The notes below the pieces were generated by a model that had not been told where the DNA came from, ran no database searches, and saw only the letters and a list, made by a program, of their open reading frames with translations. Shown piece by piece: positions 19,287 through 30,379 of a stretch of 64,000 nt of DNA; position 1 is the first letter of the stretch, and every line of letters begins with the position of its first letter. Source of the stretch: an uncultured Pseudomonadota bacterium (GTDB taxonomy: Bacteria > Pseudomonadota > Gammaproteobacteria > Steroidobacterales > Steroidobacteraceae). Made by a program: the position numbers and the translations under genes. Where the stretch lies: the NCBI GenBank assembly GCA_963812925.1, contig CAWEXF010000013.1, positions 92,565 to 156,564 on the forward strand, read 5' to 3'.

Positions 19287-20149
19287 AGGTCCTGGTCACG
19301 GGCGCCGGAGGGCAGGTCGGACGCTCGCTGCTCGATGCCGTACCTGATGATTGCGAGGCCGTTGGCTGCCTCCACGGCGATCTTGATGTCGGCGCAGGCC
19401 ACGCGGTGCGAGACGTCGTCAGCAGTCATCGTCCTGCAGTGATCATCAATGCTGCCGCGTACACCGCGGTCGACAGGGCGGAATCGGAGCCGGACGCTGC
19501 TCGGCGGATCAACTCCGAGGGCCCGCGCCATCTGGCGCTGGCGGCCCGGGAATGCGGCGCGCGACTGATCCACATCTCCACCGATTTTGTTTTCGACGGC
19601 GCGGCATCCGTTCCCTATCGGCCGGATTCCGCAACCAATCCCCTCAGTGTTTACGGCCGAACCAAGCGGGATGGCGAGCACGCGGTTCTGGAGGAGCTCC
19701 CGGGGCAGTCTGCGGTCGTGCGAACCGCCTGGATCTACGCTGCAACCGGTGCGAACTTCGTGAACACGATGCTGCGTATCATGCGGTCGCAGGGCGGAGT
19801 ACGGGTGGTGGCAGATCAGGTAGGCACGCCGACATCGGCACGGTTCTTCGCCGCAACGCTGTGGCGGATCGCGGCCAATCCGGCGATTCGCGGCATCCAC
19901 CACTGGACCGACGCGGGAGTTGCGAGCTGGTACGACTTTGCGGTGGCGATCGCCGAGGAGGGCGCACAGCTCGGGCTGGTCTCGGCCGAAGTGACTGTCA
20001 CGCCGATCACCACTGCGGACTACCCGACACCGGCCCGCCGCCCCGCCTACAGCGTGCTCGACAAGGGGTCCCTGGCTGCTCACGGCCTTGCTCCCGTCCA
20101 TTGGCGCCAGCGCCTGCGCTCCATCCTGAAAGACATTCCCCGTGCCTAG
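19283..20149 (+). CDS. rmlD: dTDP-4-dehydrorhamnose reductase
   Basis: (TTG)KVLVTGAGGQVGRSL...INAAAYTAVDRAESE...ISTDFVFDG...YGRTKRDGE. TTGA overlap with the rmlC stop. Confidence 0.95.
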   Translation: MKVLVTGAGGQVGRSLLDAVPDDCEAVGCLHGDLDVGAGHAVRDVVSSHRPAVIINAAAYTAVDRAESEPDAARRINSEGPRHLALAARECGARLIHISTDFVFDGAASVPYRPDSATNPLSVYGRTKRDGEHAVLEELPGQSAVVRTAWIYAATGANFVNTMLRIMRSQGGVRVVADQVGTPTSARFFAATLWRIAANPAIRGIHHWTDAGVASWYDFAVAIAEEGAQLGLVSAEVTVTPITTADYPTPARRPAYSVLDKGSLAAHGLAPVHWRQRLRSILKDIPRA

Positions 20150-21239
20150 GCTCCTCGTCACCGGCGGCGCCGGCTTCATCGGCGCCAATTTCGTGCACTA
20201 CTGGCTGCAGGCTCACCCCGGCGAGCGCCTGGTCGTCCTCGATGCGCTGACCTACGCCGGCAATCTTGCGAATCTCGACGCGGTCAAGCAGCGTCCGGAG
20301 CTGAAGTTCATACAGGGCAACATAGGTGACACGGCAGCGATCGAGCGCCTGTTGCGAGAGGAGGGGATCGACACCGTCGTGCATTTCGCAGCCGAGTCGC
20401 ACGTCGACCGTTCCATACACGGACCTGATGTCTTCATCGAGACCAACGTACAGGGCACCCACTCGATGCTGAAGGCCGCGCGCAAGGTGTGGTTGGAAGA
20501 GAAGACGGTCGCGACGCATCGTTTCCATCACGTATCGACGGACGAGGTCTACGGGTCCCTGGGAGCCGACGACCCCTCATTTCACGAGAGCACCCCGTAC
20601 GCGCCGAATTCACCTTACGCCGCAAGCAAAGCGGCGTCGGATCACCTGGTGCGCGCCTACCACCATACGTACGATCTTCAGGCCACGACCAGTAACTGCT
20701 CGAACAACTACGGCCCGTTCCATTTCCCCGAGAAGCTGATTCCGCTGATGATCGTCAACCTCCTGCACGGACGGACGTTGCCGATCTACGGCGACGGCCG
20801 TAACGTCCGGGACTGGCTGCACGTGAGCGACCATTGCCGCGGGATCGACCTCATTTTGAGCAAGGGGAGGCCTGGCGAGGTCTACAACATCGGTGGCGGA
20901 GTTGAGAGCGAGAACCTGAAGCTGGTCGAGGCGCTCTGTTCGGTAGCCGATGATGCTTTCGGAGCCCGAAAGGATCTCGCTTCCCGTTTCCCGGGGTGCC
21001 CCGCAGCGCGGGGTGGCAAGTCGTCGAGCCTCGTGCAGTTCGTCAAGGATCGTCCCGGTCACGATCGCCGCTACGCGATCGACTGCGGCAAGATCGAGCG
21101 GGAGCTGGGCTACCGGGCACAGGTGACTCTGGCCGCGGGGCTCAGGAGCACCTTCGAGTGGTACGTGGACAATGAATGGTGGTGGCGAGCCGTCATGGAC
21201 GGCAGCTACCAGCACTGGATCGAGACCCACTATCAGTAG
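20142..21239 (+). CDS. rmlB: dTDP-glucose 4,6-dehydratase
   Basis: RLLVTGGAGFIGANFVHYWL...HFAAESHVDRS...YAASKAASDHLVRAY. GTG start overlaps the rmlD end. Confidence 0.95.
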   Translation: MPRLLVTGGAGFIGANFVHYWLQAHPGERLVVLDALTYAGNLANLDAVKQRPELKFIQGNIGDTAAIERLLREEGIDTVVHFAAESHVDRSIHGPDVFIETNVQGTHSMLKAARKVWLEEKTVATHRFHHVSTDEVYGSLGADDPSFHESTPYAPNSPYAASKAASDHLVRAYHHTYDLQATTSNCSNNYGPFHFPEKLIPLMIVNLLHGRTLPIYGDGRNVRDWLHVSDHCRGIDLILSKGRPGEVYNIGGGVESENLKLVEALCSVADDAFGARKDLASRFPGCPAARGGKSSSLVQFVKDRPGHDRRYAIDCGKIERELGYRAQVTLAAGLRSTFEWYVDNEWWWRAVMDGSYQHWIETHYQ

Positions 21240-21406
21240 GATGGGAACGCTCAGGCGCCGATTCCGCTCCAATCCGGCAGCGCTCCCGCTACAATTAGGG
21301 TTTCGCATGAGGCGAGCTGGGGCGAAGGGCGCCTCTAGAATCCGGCGGACAGCCGGACGAGGCTTGAGCGTGCGCTGCTTCGTCCACTGGCGATAAAAGG
21401 TTGCTA

Positions 21407-24394
21407 ATGCGCTTGATGCGAAGTCCGTTCGGGCCGCTGGCCGGTTTGCTGTTCGCTTTGATTGGCTGCTGGCTGCTCGCCGGCTCGGCGCATGCCCAGA
21501 GCGCGTCTCTTTCCGGCGGCGACGCGATGGATCTCTTCCAGGGCCTGACACCGGAAGAGCAGCAGGCGATCCTGAGCCGGCTCGGGGCGGGCAATCTCGG
21601 CGGCGGCACCAGCACGCTGAACCAGTTGCCAGGGCAGCTGGGCTCGGCGGGCGGCCTCAATCAGCCGCAGTCGCAGGAATATCAGCAGGAAATGGCCGTG
21701 CGCCGCCGGCGCGCGGAAGAGGAGCAGCAGCCGCTCATCCCGGTGATGAAGGCGGGCGACTGGATCATCGTTCAGCTCGGGTTCCAGCTGCCGCCGGCGC
21801 CCATCAACGAGTCGGTGCTGGCGATGCAGCGGCTTTACTCGGCGCAGGGAGGCACGCCGTCGGCGCAGAGCCTGCAGGCGCTCCAGTCTCTTCAGCAGGG
21901 AAGCACGCAGGGGAGCGGTTCGGACCTGGCCGCAGCCCAGGCTGCCACCAGCGCCCTGTCCTCATCGCAGCAGTTGACGAGCGCCGAGAAGCACCAGCTC
22001 ACGGCGCTGATCGACCTGATCCGGTCGCGGAATCCTTATCAGCTCTCCGCCGATGGGGTGCTGACTCTGCCGGGATTTGCGCCCATCCCGCTGCTCGGTC
22101 TGACCGAGCAGCAGGCTACGCTGCGCCTCCAGGTCGTTCCCGACTTTCAAAATCTTCAGTTGCGAGTGACCCTGCTGCCTCTAAAGAAGACGGGGGCGCA
22201 GGCGCTCAAGCCCTTCGGCTATGACCTCTTTGCGGAATACCCGTCCAGTTTCGAGCCGCTGACCAACGTTCCGGTGCCGTCCGACTACGTCATCGGTCCC
22301 GGCGACACGCTCGATGTGCTGCTCTATGGCAGTCAGAACCATGCCTACCAGATGTTGGTTGGGCGGGACGGACGCATCAACTTTCCGGAGCTGGGACCGA
22401 TCGATGTCGGTGGCCAACTCTTCAGCGCCGTGCAATCCGAGATCGAATCCCGGGTCGGCCACCAGATGATCGGAGTGCGGGCCAGCATCAGCATGGCGCA
22501 GACCCGAGCGATCCAGGTGTTCGCCATGGGCGAGGCGTTCGAGCCCGGGGCATACACCATCAGCGGACTGGGGACCATCACCTCGGCACTCTACGCCGCG
22601 GGCGGTATCCTCAAGGAGGGCTCGCTGCGGAACATCGAGTTGAAGCGTGGCGGCGCCGTAGTGCGGAAGCTGGATCTCTACGATCTTCTGATCCACGGCG
22701 ACACCGCCGATGATGCGAAGCTGCTGCAGGGCGATGTGGTGCTGGTGCCGCCGGTGGGCTCGACCGTCGCCGTCGACGGGCAAGTGCAGCGGCCGGCGAT
22801 CTACGAGCTGCGGAACGAGACCATGCCGGCCGAGGTCATCGCCCTGGCGGGCGGCCTCACTCCGAATGCCGATACCTCGAAGGCCACGCTCACGCGAATC
22901 CTGGCGAACGGCGAGCGCGTGGTCCTGCCTCTGGACCTGACTGCCGGCGGCTCCGCGGAAGGGCTGCGCAATGGCGACCTGATTCATATCCCGCGGCTGC
23001 GGCCCACGCTCGATTCCGCCGTGGAGCTGCAAGGGCACGTCTATACCGCTGGTGCCTATTTTTACCGTCCCGGCATGCGGCTCACCGACGTCATTCATTC
23101 GGTGGATGACCTGCAGCCGAATGCGGACCTTCACTACGTCCTCATACGTCGCGAGCTGCCGCCCGACCGCCACGTCGAGGCGATATCCGCGAATATTGCC
23201 GCTGCGCTTGCCGCTCCAGGGTCCCCTGCCGACGTCACACTGATGCCGCGGGATCAGATCACCGTCTTCGACCTCTCCTCGAGCCGGGACCGGATCGTCC
23301 ACCCGATTCTGGAAGATCTGCGCATGGAAGCGACCGCCGAGGAGCCTGAGCAGGTGGTGACGGTCGAAGGCCGTGTGAACGTCCCCGGGCAATACCCGCT
23401 CGAGCCCGGCATGACAGTGGCGGATCTCATCCGCGCCGGCGGCGGCTTGGCCGATGCCGCGTATGCGGGCAAAGCGGAGCTCACGCGCTACGTGGTCGTC
23501 GATGGCAGCACGCGCCGCACGGACATCATGGACATCGATGTCGCCAGCGCTTTGAGCGGCAATCCTGCCGCCAACGTCAAGCTCGACCCGTATGATGTCT
23601 TGAGCATCAAGGAAGTCTCGCAATGGACGAACCAGGAAAGCATCACGCTGCGGGGCGAGGTGCGCTTCCCCGGCACGTACACGATCCAACCGGGCGAGAC
23701 ACTCAAATCGGTGATCGAGCGCGCCGGTGGGCTCACTCAATTTGCCTTCCCGCAGGGCTCCGTGTTCACCCGCACGGAGCTCAAGGTCCGGGAGCAACAG
23801 CAAATGGATCTGCTCGCCTCGCGCATGAAGATCGAGCTGGGGGTGCTCGCCCTGCGCGCCGTGGCAACCGCTCAGGGAGGTAACGTGGGTAACTCCGAAA
23901 GCGCGCTCGTCGTGGGCAAATCCCTGCTGGCGCAGCTTCAGGGGGAGAAGGCTGTCGGACGCCTCGTCATCAACCTGCCGGGAATCGTGCGTGAGCCCTC
24001 TGGGTCCTCGTACGATGTCGTGTTACGCGATGGCGATGAGCTCATCGTGCCGAGGTTCGAGCAGGAGGTGACCGTCATTGGCGAGGTCCAGGACGCCACC
24101 TCGCATCTCTACAATTCCGACCTTTCGCGGGACGATTACATCGCCTTGAGCGGCGGAATCACCTCTCAGGCCGACCCGAAGAGGGTCTACGTCGTCCGGG
24201 CCGATGGCAGCGTGGTCGCAAACGGCAACAGCAGCCGCTGGTTCAGTCGAGGCGGAAACGTCGAGATCGAGCCTGGCGACACGATCGTGGTGCCCATCAA
24301 CGCCACGCAGATGCTGCCGTTGCCGTTCTGGGAGGCAATGACTGGTATCGTCTACAACGTGGCGATTGCGGTGGCGGCGATACATGGGCTGTAG
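21407..24394 (+). CDS. Very large outer-membrane polysaccharide export (OPX/Wza-like) protein: Poly_export domain plus about six SLBB-like repeats and a C-terminal hydrophobic helix
   Basis: 996 aa. N-terminal signal with possible lipobox (LFALIGC) or an AHA-Q cleavage site, then a Q/S/A-rich segment of about 250 aa. Poly_export core is [18 protein letters not shown]...[15 protein letters not shown]. Repeated G-x-V-x-x-PG-x-Y modules follow, e.g. [31 protein letters not shown] and [32 protein letters not shown]-terminus is [21 protein letters not shown]. Confidence 0.8.
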   Translation: MRLMRSPFGPLAGLLFALIGCWLLAGSAHAQSASLSGGDAMDLFQGLTPEEQQAILSRLGAGNLGGGTSTLNQLPGQLGSAGGLNQPQSQEYQQEMAVRRRRAEEEQQPLIPVMKAGDWIIVQLGFQLPPAPINESVLAMQRLYSAQGGTPSAQSLQALQSLQQGSTQGSGSDLAAAQAATSALSSSQQLTSAEKHQLTALIDLIRSRNPYQLSADGVLTLPGFAPIPLLGLTEQQATLRLQVVPDFQNLQLRVTLLPLKKTGAQALKPFGYDLFAEYPSSFEPLTNVPVPSDYVIGPGDTLDVLLYGSQNHAYQMLVGRDGRINFPELGPIDVGGQLFSAVQSEIESRVGHQMIGVRASISMAQTRAIQVFAMGEAFEPGAYTISGLGTITSALYAAGGILKEGSLRNIELKRGGAVVRKLDLYDLLIHGDTADDAKLLQGDVVLVPPVGSTVAVDGQVQRPAIYELRNETMPAEVIALAGGLTPNADTSKATLTRILANGERVVLPLDLTAGGSAEGLRNGDLIHIPRLRPTLDSAVELQGHVYTAGAYFYRPGMRLTDVIHSVDDLQPNADLHYVLIRRELPPDRHVEAISANIAAALAAPGSPADVTLMPRDQITVFDLSSSRDRIVHPILEDLRMEATAEEPEQVVTVEGRVNVPGQYPLEPGMTVADLIRAGGGLADAAYAGKAELTRYVVVDGSTRRTDIMDIDVASALSGNPAANVKLDPYDVLSIKEVSQWTNQESITLRGEVRFPGTYTIQPGETLKSVIERAGGLTQFAFPQGSVFTRTELKVREQQQMDLLASRMKIELGVLALRAVATAQGGNVGNSESALVVGKSLLAQLQGEKAVGRLVINLPGIVREPSGSSYDVVLRDGDELIVPRFEQEVTVIGEVQDATSHLYNSDLSRDDYIALSGGITSQADPKRVYVVRADGSVVANGNSSRWFSRGGNVEIEPGDTIVVPINATQMLPLPFWEAMTGIVYNVAIAVAAIHGL

Positions 24395-24417
24395 TAACTC
24401 GGGATCATGGTGATCAC

Positions 24418-25506
24418 GTGGCTAAGCGGGCACTCATAACGGGAATAACCGGGCAGGACGGCGCCTACCTGGCGGAGCTCCTTCTGGCCAAGGGATACGA
24501 GGTCCACGGGATCAAGCGCCGCGCATCGTCCTTCAATACGGATCGGATAGATCATCTCTATCAGGATCCACACGAGCGCGACGTCCAGTTGCACCTTCAC
24601 TACGGCGACCTGACCGACGCGACCAACCTGATCAGGATCGTGCAGCAGGTTCAGCCCGACGAGATCTACAATCTCGCCGCCCAGAGCCATGTCGCGGTCT
24701 CGTTCGAAACCGCCGAATACACGGCGAATTCCGACGCCCTGGGCGCCTTGCGGTTGCTGGAGGCGATCCGCATTCTGGGTCTGGAGAAGCGCACGCGGTT
24801 CTACCAGGCTTCAACTTCCGAGATGTTCGGCAAGGTGCAGGAGACTCCGCAGCGGGAAACCACTCCCTTCTACCCGCGCTCGCCCTACGGGGCCGCCAAG
24901 GTGTACGCGCACTGGATAACGGTGAACTACCGCGAGGCGTACCGCATGTTCGCCTGCAGCGGGATTCTGTTCAACCATGAGTCGCCCATTCGCGGGGAGA
25001 CATTCGTCACGCGCAAGATAACGCGCGCGCTGACGCGCATTCACCAAGGCCTGGAGACGGTCCTCTATCTGGGGAATCTGGATTCGCTCCGGGATTGGGG
25101 TCACGCCAGGGATTACGTCCGCGCGCAATGGCTCATCCTGCAGCAGGATGTTGCGGAAGACTTCGTGATTGCAACCGGCGAACAGCATTCTGTGCGGGAG
25201 TTCGTCACCGAGGCGGCGCGGCGGCTCGACATGCAGATCGAATGGCGCGGACATGGCGTGGACGAATGCGGCGTGGACACCCGCACAGGCCGCACGGTCG
25301 TCAAGGTGGACGCGCGTTACTTCAGACCGACGGAGGTCGAGACTCTGCTCGGCGATGCGAGCAAGGCTCGGCTCAAACTCGGCTGGCAGCCGCAGCACAG
25401 CTTCGCCGATCTCGTGGATGAGATGGTGCGGGACGACCTGCAGCTGGCGAAGCGCGACGCGACCATGACCCGCGAGGGATTCAGGTCCTACCGGTATCTC
25501 GAATGA
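24418..25506 (+). CDS. gmd: GDP-mannose 4,6-dehydratase
   Basis: [47 protein letters not shown]...[19 protein letters not shown]. Confidence 0.95.
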   Translation: MAKRALITGITGQDGAYLAELLLAKGYEVHGIKRRASSFNTDRIDHLYQDPHERDVQLHLHYGDLTDATNLIRIVQQVQPDEIYNLAAQSHVAVSFETAEYTANSDALGALRLLEAIRILGLEKRTRFYQASTSEMFGKVQETPQRETTPFYPRSPYGAAKVYAHWITVNYREAYRMFACSGILFNHESPIRGETFVTRKITRALTRIHQGLETVLYLGNLDSLRDWGHARDYVRAQWLILQQDVAEDFVIATGEQHSVREFVTEAARRLDMQIEWRGHGVDECGVDTRTGRTVVKVDARYFRPTEVETLLGDASKARLKLGWQPQHSFADLVDEMVRDDLQLAKRDATMTREGFRSYRYLE

Positions 25507-26444
25507 CTCCCGACGCTTCGATCTTCGTCGCCGGCCACCGCGGGTTGGTAGGCTCCGCGATCGTGCGCCGGTTGAATGCGGCCGGCTTTAGCCGCACGAT
25601 TCTGCGCGACCGTCGGGAGCTCGATCTGACGGACCAGGCGGCGGTCAACGCGTTCTTCGCCGCCGTCAGACCCGAATTCGTCTTTCTTGCCGCCGCCCGT
25701 GTTGGCGGAATCCTGGCGAACGATACCTATCCGGCCGAATTCCTCCGCGACAATCTGGCGATCCAGACGAACGTCATCGACGCGGCCTACAGGCACGGGA
25801 CGAAAAAGCTGCTCTTCCTCGGGTCGAGCTGCATCTACCCCAAGGCCGCGCCGCAACCGATGACGGAGGAGTGCCTGTTGACCGGACCGCTCGAGCCGAC
25901 CAACGAGTGGTATGCAATCGCAAAGATCGCCGGACTCAAGATGTGTCAGGCCTATCGCCGGCAGTACGGCTTCGACGCCATTGCGGCGATGCCGACCAAT
26001 CTCTATGGGCCGGGCGACAATTTCAGCCTCGAGAAGTCGCATGTTTTGCCGGCTCTGATGCGCAAGTTTCATGAGGCCAGGGAGCGGGGTGCCGCCGAGG
26101 TGGAAGTTTGGGGGACAGGCAAGCCGCGCCGTGAGTTTCTCCATGTGGATGATCTTGCCGATGCCTGCCTGTTCCTGATGCGGAATTATGCCGACGAGAA
26201 ATGGATCAATGTCGGCTGGGGCCGGGACGAAACCATCGCCGAGCTGGCGGCGACGATTTCCCGGACCGTCGGCTTCGGTGGATCCGTGCGCTTCGACGAG
26301 TCGAAACCGGACGGCGCCCCGCGGAAGCTGCTCGATGTGTCGCGTCTCTCCGCCCTGGGCTGGTCGCCCCGAATCACGCTCGAGGATGGCATCCGCGCCA
26401 CGTATCAATGGTTTCTGGCGAATTGGGCGCATATCAGGGTCTGA
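25503..26444 (+). CDS. fcl: GDP-L-fucose synthase (GDP-4-keto-6-deoxymannose 3,5-epimerase/4-reductase)
   Basis: [18 protein letters not shown]...[13 protein letters not shown]...[10 protein letters not shown]...[12 protein letters not shown] overlap with the gmd stop. Confidence 0.95.
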   Translation: MTPDASIFVAGHRGLVGSAIVRRLNAAGFSRTILRDRRELDLTDQAAVNAFFAAVRPEFVFLAAARVGGILANDTYPAEFLRDNLAIQTNVIDAAYRHGTKKLLFLGSSCIYPKAAPQPMTEECLLTGPLEPTNEWYAIAKIAGLKMCQAYRRQYGFDAIAAMPTNLYGPGDNFSLEKSHVLPALMRKFHEARERGAAEVEVWGTGKPRREFLHVDDLADACLFLMRNYADEKWINVGWGRDETIAELAATISRTVGFGGSVRFDESKPDGAPRKLLDVSRLSALGWSPRITLEDGIRATYQWFLANWAHIRV

Positions 26445-26449
26445 GCGCA

Positions 26450-27244
26450 ATGCGCCTGAAGCTGCTCAAACCGCTGGTTCCGCCTGTGCTTGCGGATCTC
26501 GTCAGCCGCGCCCGTTCTCCAGTCAGTTTCAGCGGTGAATTCGCCTCATGGGAAGCCGCGGCCGCCCAAGCGGAGGGATACGACGCGCGGGAAATTACCG
26601 AGCGAACGGCGGCCGCGACCCGCAGGGTCGTGGCCGGCCAGGCCGTCTACGAGCGGGACTCGGTGACGTTCGATCGCATCGAATACTCCTGGCCGCTGCT
26701 GGCCTCCCTGCTGCAGGTCGGCCTGGAGATGGGTTCGCTGCGGGTGATCGACTTCGGGGGCTCATTGGGGAGCAGTTGGCGTCAGAACAGCCGATACCTG
26801 CAACGGCTGCGGATACCGCTTTCCTGGCGCGTCGTCGAGCAGGAGCATCTGGTCGCACTGGGAAACGAGGAGTTTTCCGGCGAGGTTCTTCGCTTCTACC
26901 GCAGTATCCCGGACGCCGTGCAGGACGGCGTGGACGTGGTGCTGTTTTCCAGCTCGCTGTGCTATGTCCGGGATCCGGAGCAATACCTGCGCCAGGCTGC
27001 CGCTGCGCCGGCTCGGTTCGTGATCGTGGACCGTCTGCCCACGATTCCCGGCGCTCGCGACCGGATTGCCGTGCAGCACGTATCCGAGCCAATCTACGAC
27101 GCAAGCTATCCGATACGACTGTTTGCAGAAGAGACTTTGCAGTCGGGACTGCTCGCGGGCTGGAGTGTCCGCGAAACATGGGACTGCGACCTGCAGCCCG
27201 ACCGTAGTTCGCGTTGTCACGGCTTCTTTCTGGAGAAGCGATGA
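26450..27244 (+). CDS. Putative methyltransferase, TIGR04325 (LIC12133-like) family typical of O-antigen loci
   Basis: MRLKLLKPLVPPVL...FSGEFASWEAAAAQAEGYDAREI...VYERDSVTFDRIEYSWPLLASLL...VIDFGGSLGSS. The family call is from remembered motifs. The N-terminal extension in track ORF 26201..27244 overlaps fcl and is rejected. Confidence 0.6.
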   Translation: MRLKLLKPLVPPVLADLVSRARSPVSFSGEFASWEAAAAQAEGYDAREITERTAAATRRVVAGQAVYERDSVTFDRIEYSWPLLASLLQVGLEMGSLRVIDFGGSLGSSWRQNSRYLQRLRIPLSWRVVEQEHLVALGNEEFSGEVLRFYRSIPDAVQDGVDVVLFSSSLCYVRDPEQYLRQAAAAPARFVIVDRLPTIPGARDRIAVQHVSEPIYDASYPIRLFAEETLQSGLLAGWSVRETWDCDLQPDRSSRCHGFFLEKR

Positions 27245-28239
27245 ATTACCACACGTTCTTCAGGGATCGCGCCGTACTGATCAGCGGTGGCTGCGGCTTC
27301 ATCGGCTCGATGTTGGCGCGCCGTCTGGTTGGACATGGCGCCCGTGTCACCATCATCGACAGCCTGATTCCCAGTTACGGCGGCAACCTCGCCAATATCG
27401 CTGACATACGCGACCGCGTCTGGCTGAACATCTCGGATGTCCGCGATCCCTATGCCATGGAGCAGCTCATCCGCGGGCAGGATTACCTGTTCAATCTCGC
27501 CGGACAGACGAGTCATCTGGATTCGATGAACGACCCGTTCACCGATCTCAACATCAATGCGACGGCGCAGCTTTCCATCCTGGAGGCGGTGCGGCGCATC
27601 AGCCCGAAGATCCGCATAGTGTTCGCTTCCACGCGCCAGCTGTACGGCAAGCCGCAGTACCTGCCGGTCGACGAGGGCCATCCGGTGCTCCCGGTCGACA
27701 TCAACGGCATTCACAAGCTGGCCGGCGAGTATTATCACCTGCTCTATCATCGCGTCTACGGGATCCCTTCGTCGTGCCTGCGGCTGACCAACACCTACGG
27801 CCCGGGAATGCGGGTGAAGGACGCGCGCCAGACTTTCCTGGGCATCTGGATCAAACTGCTGCTTTCCGGGCAGCGCATCAAGGTGTTCGGGGACGGCGCG
27901 CAGCTGCGCGACTTCAATTACGTCGACGATGTCGTCGATGCGCTGCTGCGGGCCGCCACCCGGGACGAAGCCGTCGGTCAGGTGATGAATCTCGGCAGCG
28001 ACGAGGTGATCTGTCTGAAGGATCTTGCGGCGCTGATGGTGGCGGTGAACGGCGGCGGCGAATGGGAATTGGTGCCGTTTCCGCCGGACCGGAAATCGAT
28101 CGATATCGGGGACTACTACGGCAATTGGTCGCGGGCGCGCGCGCTGCTGGATTGGCGCCCGACGGTCGGGCTGGAGGCAGGACTGAGACGATCGCTGGAG
28201 TACTACCGCGCCAATGGCCCGGCGTACTGGGAGTCGTAA
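27241..28239 (+). CDS. NAD-dependent nucleotide-sugar epimerase/dehydratase (extended SDR)
   Basis: MNYHTFFRDRAVLISGGCGFIGSMLARRLV...FNLAGQTSH...INGIHKLAGEYY. ATGA overlap with the upstream stop. Confidence 0.8.
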   Translation: MNYHTFFRDRAVLISGGCGFIGSMLARRLVGHGARVTIIDSLIPSYGGNLANIADIRDRVWLNISDVRDPYAMEQLIRGQDYLFNLAGQTSHLDSMNDPFTDLNINATAQLSILEAVRRISPKIRIVFASTRQLYGKPQYLPVDEGHPVLPVDINGIHKLAGEYYHLLYHRVYGIPSSCLRLTNTYGPGMRVKDARQTFLGIWIKLLLSGQRIKVFGDGAQLRDFNYVDDVVDALLRAATRDEAVGQVMNLGSDEVICLKDLAALMVAVNGGGEWELVPFPPDRKSIDIGDYYGNWSRARALLDWRPTVGLEAGLRRSLEYYRANGPAYWES

Positions 28240-29345
28240 TGAGCGGCATTGCGATGAACGATTTTCGTCGGGAGCCCGATGAGCTGGTCAGGGCCGAGCT
28301 GGCCGCCTGCGAGCGGGTGATACGCTCCGGCTGGTGGATCCTGGGCCGCGAAGTGACCGCCTTCGAGCAGGCGTGGGCCGCCTATCTCGGCGCGCCGGCT
28401 GCCGTGGGCTGCGCGAACGGGCTCGATGCGATCGAGTTGGGGCTGCGCGCGTTGGACATCGGCCCCGGCGACGAGGTGATTACGACTCCGATGACGGCGT
28501 TCGCCACGGTGCTCGCGGTATTGCGCGCCGGCGCGGTGCCCGTACTGGCGGACATCGACCCGGACACTGCGATGCTGTGTGTCGAGAGCGTAAAGCGCTG
28601 CATCGGGCCGCGTACCAGGGCGGTGCTTCTGGTGCACCTGTACGGTCACGCCGGGCCGTTGGACGAGCTGCTCGATTTGCTCCAGGACCGCGGCATTCAG
28701 CTGTTGGAAGACTGCGCCCAGGCTCACGGAGCCATGTGGGGCGGCCGCTCGGTCGGCAATTTCGGCGCTTTCGCCGCCTGGAGCTTCTACCCGACCAAGA
28801 ATCTCGGCGCGATCGGCGACGGCGGCGCGCTGACGACCTCGCGGCCGGAGCTGGCGGAAAAAGTGCGCGTACTGCGCAACTACGGCCAGACGGTCCGCTA
28901 TCAACATCCGTTCCTCGGCATGAACAGCCGGCTGGACGAGCTCCAGGCGGCGATTCTCAGCGCGCGCCTGCAATACATGCCGCAATGGGTTGCCAGGCGG
29001 CGTGACATCGCGACGAGGTACGCGGCGGAGATCGGCAATCGGCACGTCCGCCCGATGCCGCTCCCCGAAGACCGGCTCCGCCACTCACACCATCTCTTCG
29101 TTGTCAGGTGCGCGCAAAGGCGTGAGTTGCAGGAGTATCTGCGTGACCAGGGGGTTGAGTCGCTGATCCATTACCCCATCCCGATACACCTGCAGGAACC
29201 CTGCCGCCAACTCGGCCGCGACCCCAAAGGTCTGCGAGCGGCGGAAGTGCATGCCGATACCTGCTTGTCGCTGCCCTGTCACGCCGGGCTGTCGGATGCC
29301 GAGGTCGGGCAGGTGGTCGCGGCAGTCAACCGATTTGGCGGCTGA
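28239..29345 (+). CDS. DegT/DnrJ/EryC1/StrS-family PLP-dependent sugar aminotransferase (copy 2)
   Basis: MSGIAMNDFRREPDEL...CANGLDAIELGLRALDIGPGDEVITTPMTAFATV...FYPTKNLGAIGDGGA. TAATG junction with the upstream gene. Confidence 0.85.
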   Translation: MSGIAMNDFRREPDELVRAELAACERVIRSGWWILGREVTAFEQAWAAYLGAPAAVGCANGLDAIELGLRALDIGPGDEVITTPMTAFATVLAVLRAGAVPVLADIDPDTAMLCVESVKRCIGPRTRAVLLVHLYGHAGPLDELLDLLQDRGIQLLEDCAQAHGAMWGGRSVGNFGAFAAWSFYPTKNLGAIGDGGALTTSRPELAEKVRVLRNYGQTVRYQHPFLGMNSRLDELQAAILSARLQYMPQWVARRRDIATRYAAEIGNRHVRPMPLPEDRLRHSHHLFVVRCAQRRELQEYLRDQGVESLIHYPIPIHLQEPCRQLGRDPKGLRAAEVHADTCLSLPCHAGLSDAEVGQVVAAVNRFGG

Positions 29346-29351
29346 GGCATC

Positions 29352-30374
29352 TTGGAACACTACGTCACTCTCTTCGACAGCCTGTTTCTCCCGCAGGGGC
29401 TGGCATTGCATGCCTCGCTGTCACGCCATGCCGGCAGCTTCACTCTCTGGGTACTCTGTCTCGACGACAAGACCAAGCAGGTGCTGGATTCCGTCGGCGC
29501 GCCGACCCTGAGGACGATCGGCCTCTCGGAGGTGGAGTCCGGCGAGTTGCTCGGGGTCAAACCCAAGAGGACGCGCGCGGAGTACTGCTGGACGTTGACG
29601 CCATACACCCCGAAAATCGTGTTCGATCGGGCGCCGGATGCGCGCCGGGTGACGTACGTGGATGCCGATGTGTTCGTGCTGCGATCGCCGCGTGAAATTT
29701 TCGAGGAATTCGACCGCTCCGGCAAGGCAGTAATGATCACCGACCACGCCTATGATGCGGAATACGATCATGCGGCGGTCGTCGGGCAATATTGCGTTCA
29801 GTTCATGACGTTCGTCCGCGGGAGCAGCGAGCCGGTGCGGCAGTGGTGGCAGGACCGCTGCATAGAGTGGTGCTCGGCAACGCCGCAGGACGGCAAGCTC
29901 GGCGATCAGAAGTATCTCGACGACTGGCCGACGCGATTCGGCCAGTTGGTCCATGTCCTGCAGCAGATCGATCTGCTGCTCGCGCCGTGGAATGCGCGCC
30001 GCTTCCCGTATTCCCGCGCCGTCGCCTGGCATTTCCAGGGCCTGCGCCTGTTGAGCAAGCGCCGAGTGTTGCTGCACGGGCCCTATTCCGTGCCGGAGAT
30101 CGTACACCAGATGGTATACGAGCCCTATCTGGCGGAGCTGGCGCGCAGCGTGCAGATCCTGGGGGGGTACGCGGTGCAGAAAAAGGCGACCCATCCGCTC
30201 ATCCGATATCCGTTGGAGATCGCGCGCAATCTGAAGCAGGAAGTGCGGCGGCTTCTGCGGCATCGCGCCCCGGTGCGAACCATGCCCGAGCCTGCCGCTG
30301 CGACGGCGCGCGACCAACTCCGCGCGAGCTCGCATGGTGAAGCTTCCGGCGCCTCCCGCGGCTCGACAGGGTAG
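29352..30374 (+). CDS. Putative GT-A-fold glycosyltransferase (nucleotide-diphospho-sugar transferase-like, DxD motif)
   Basis: (TTG)EHYVTLFDSLFLPQGLALHASLSRH...WVLCLDD...EYCWTLTPYTPKIVF...YVDADVFVL...GDQKYLDDW. The family is recalled only loosely. Low-complexity C-terminal tail. Confidence 0.45.
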   Translation: MEHYVTLFDSLFLPQGLALHASLSRHAGSFTLWVLCLDDKTKQVLDSVGAPTLRTIGLSEVESGELLGVKPKRTRAEYCWTLTPYTPKIVFDRAPDARRVTYVDADVFVLRSPREIFEEFDRSGKAVMITDHAYDAEYDHAAVVGQYCVQFMTFVRGSSEPVRQWWQDRCIEWCSATPQDGKLGDQKYLDDWPTRFGQLVHVLQQIDLLLAPWNARRFPYSRAVAWHFQGLRLLSKRRVLLHGPYSVPEIVHQMVYEPYLAELARSVQILGGYAVQKKATHPLIRYPLEIARNLKQEVRRLLRHRAPVRTMPEPAAATARDQLRASSHGEASGASRGSTG

Positions 30375-30379
30375 GTATT

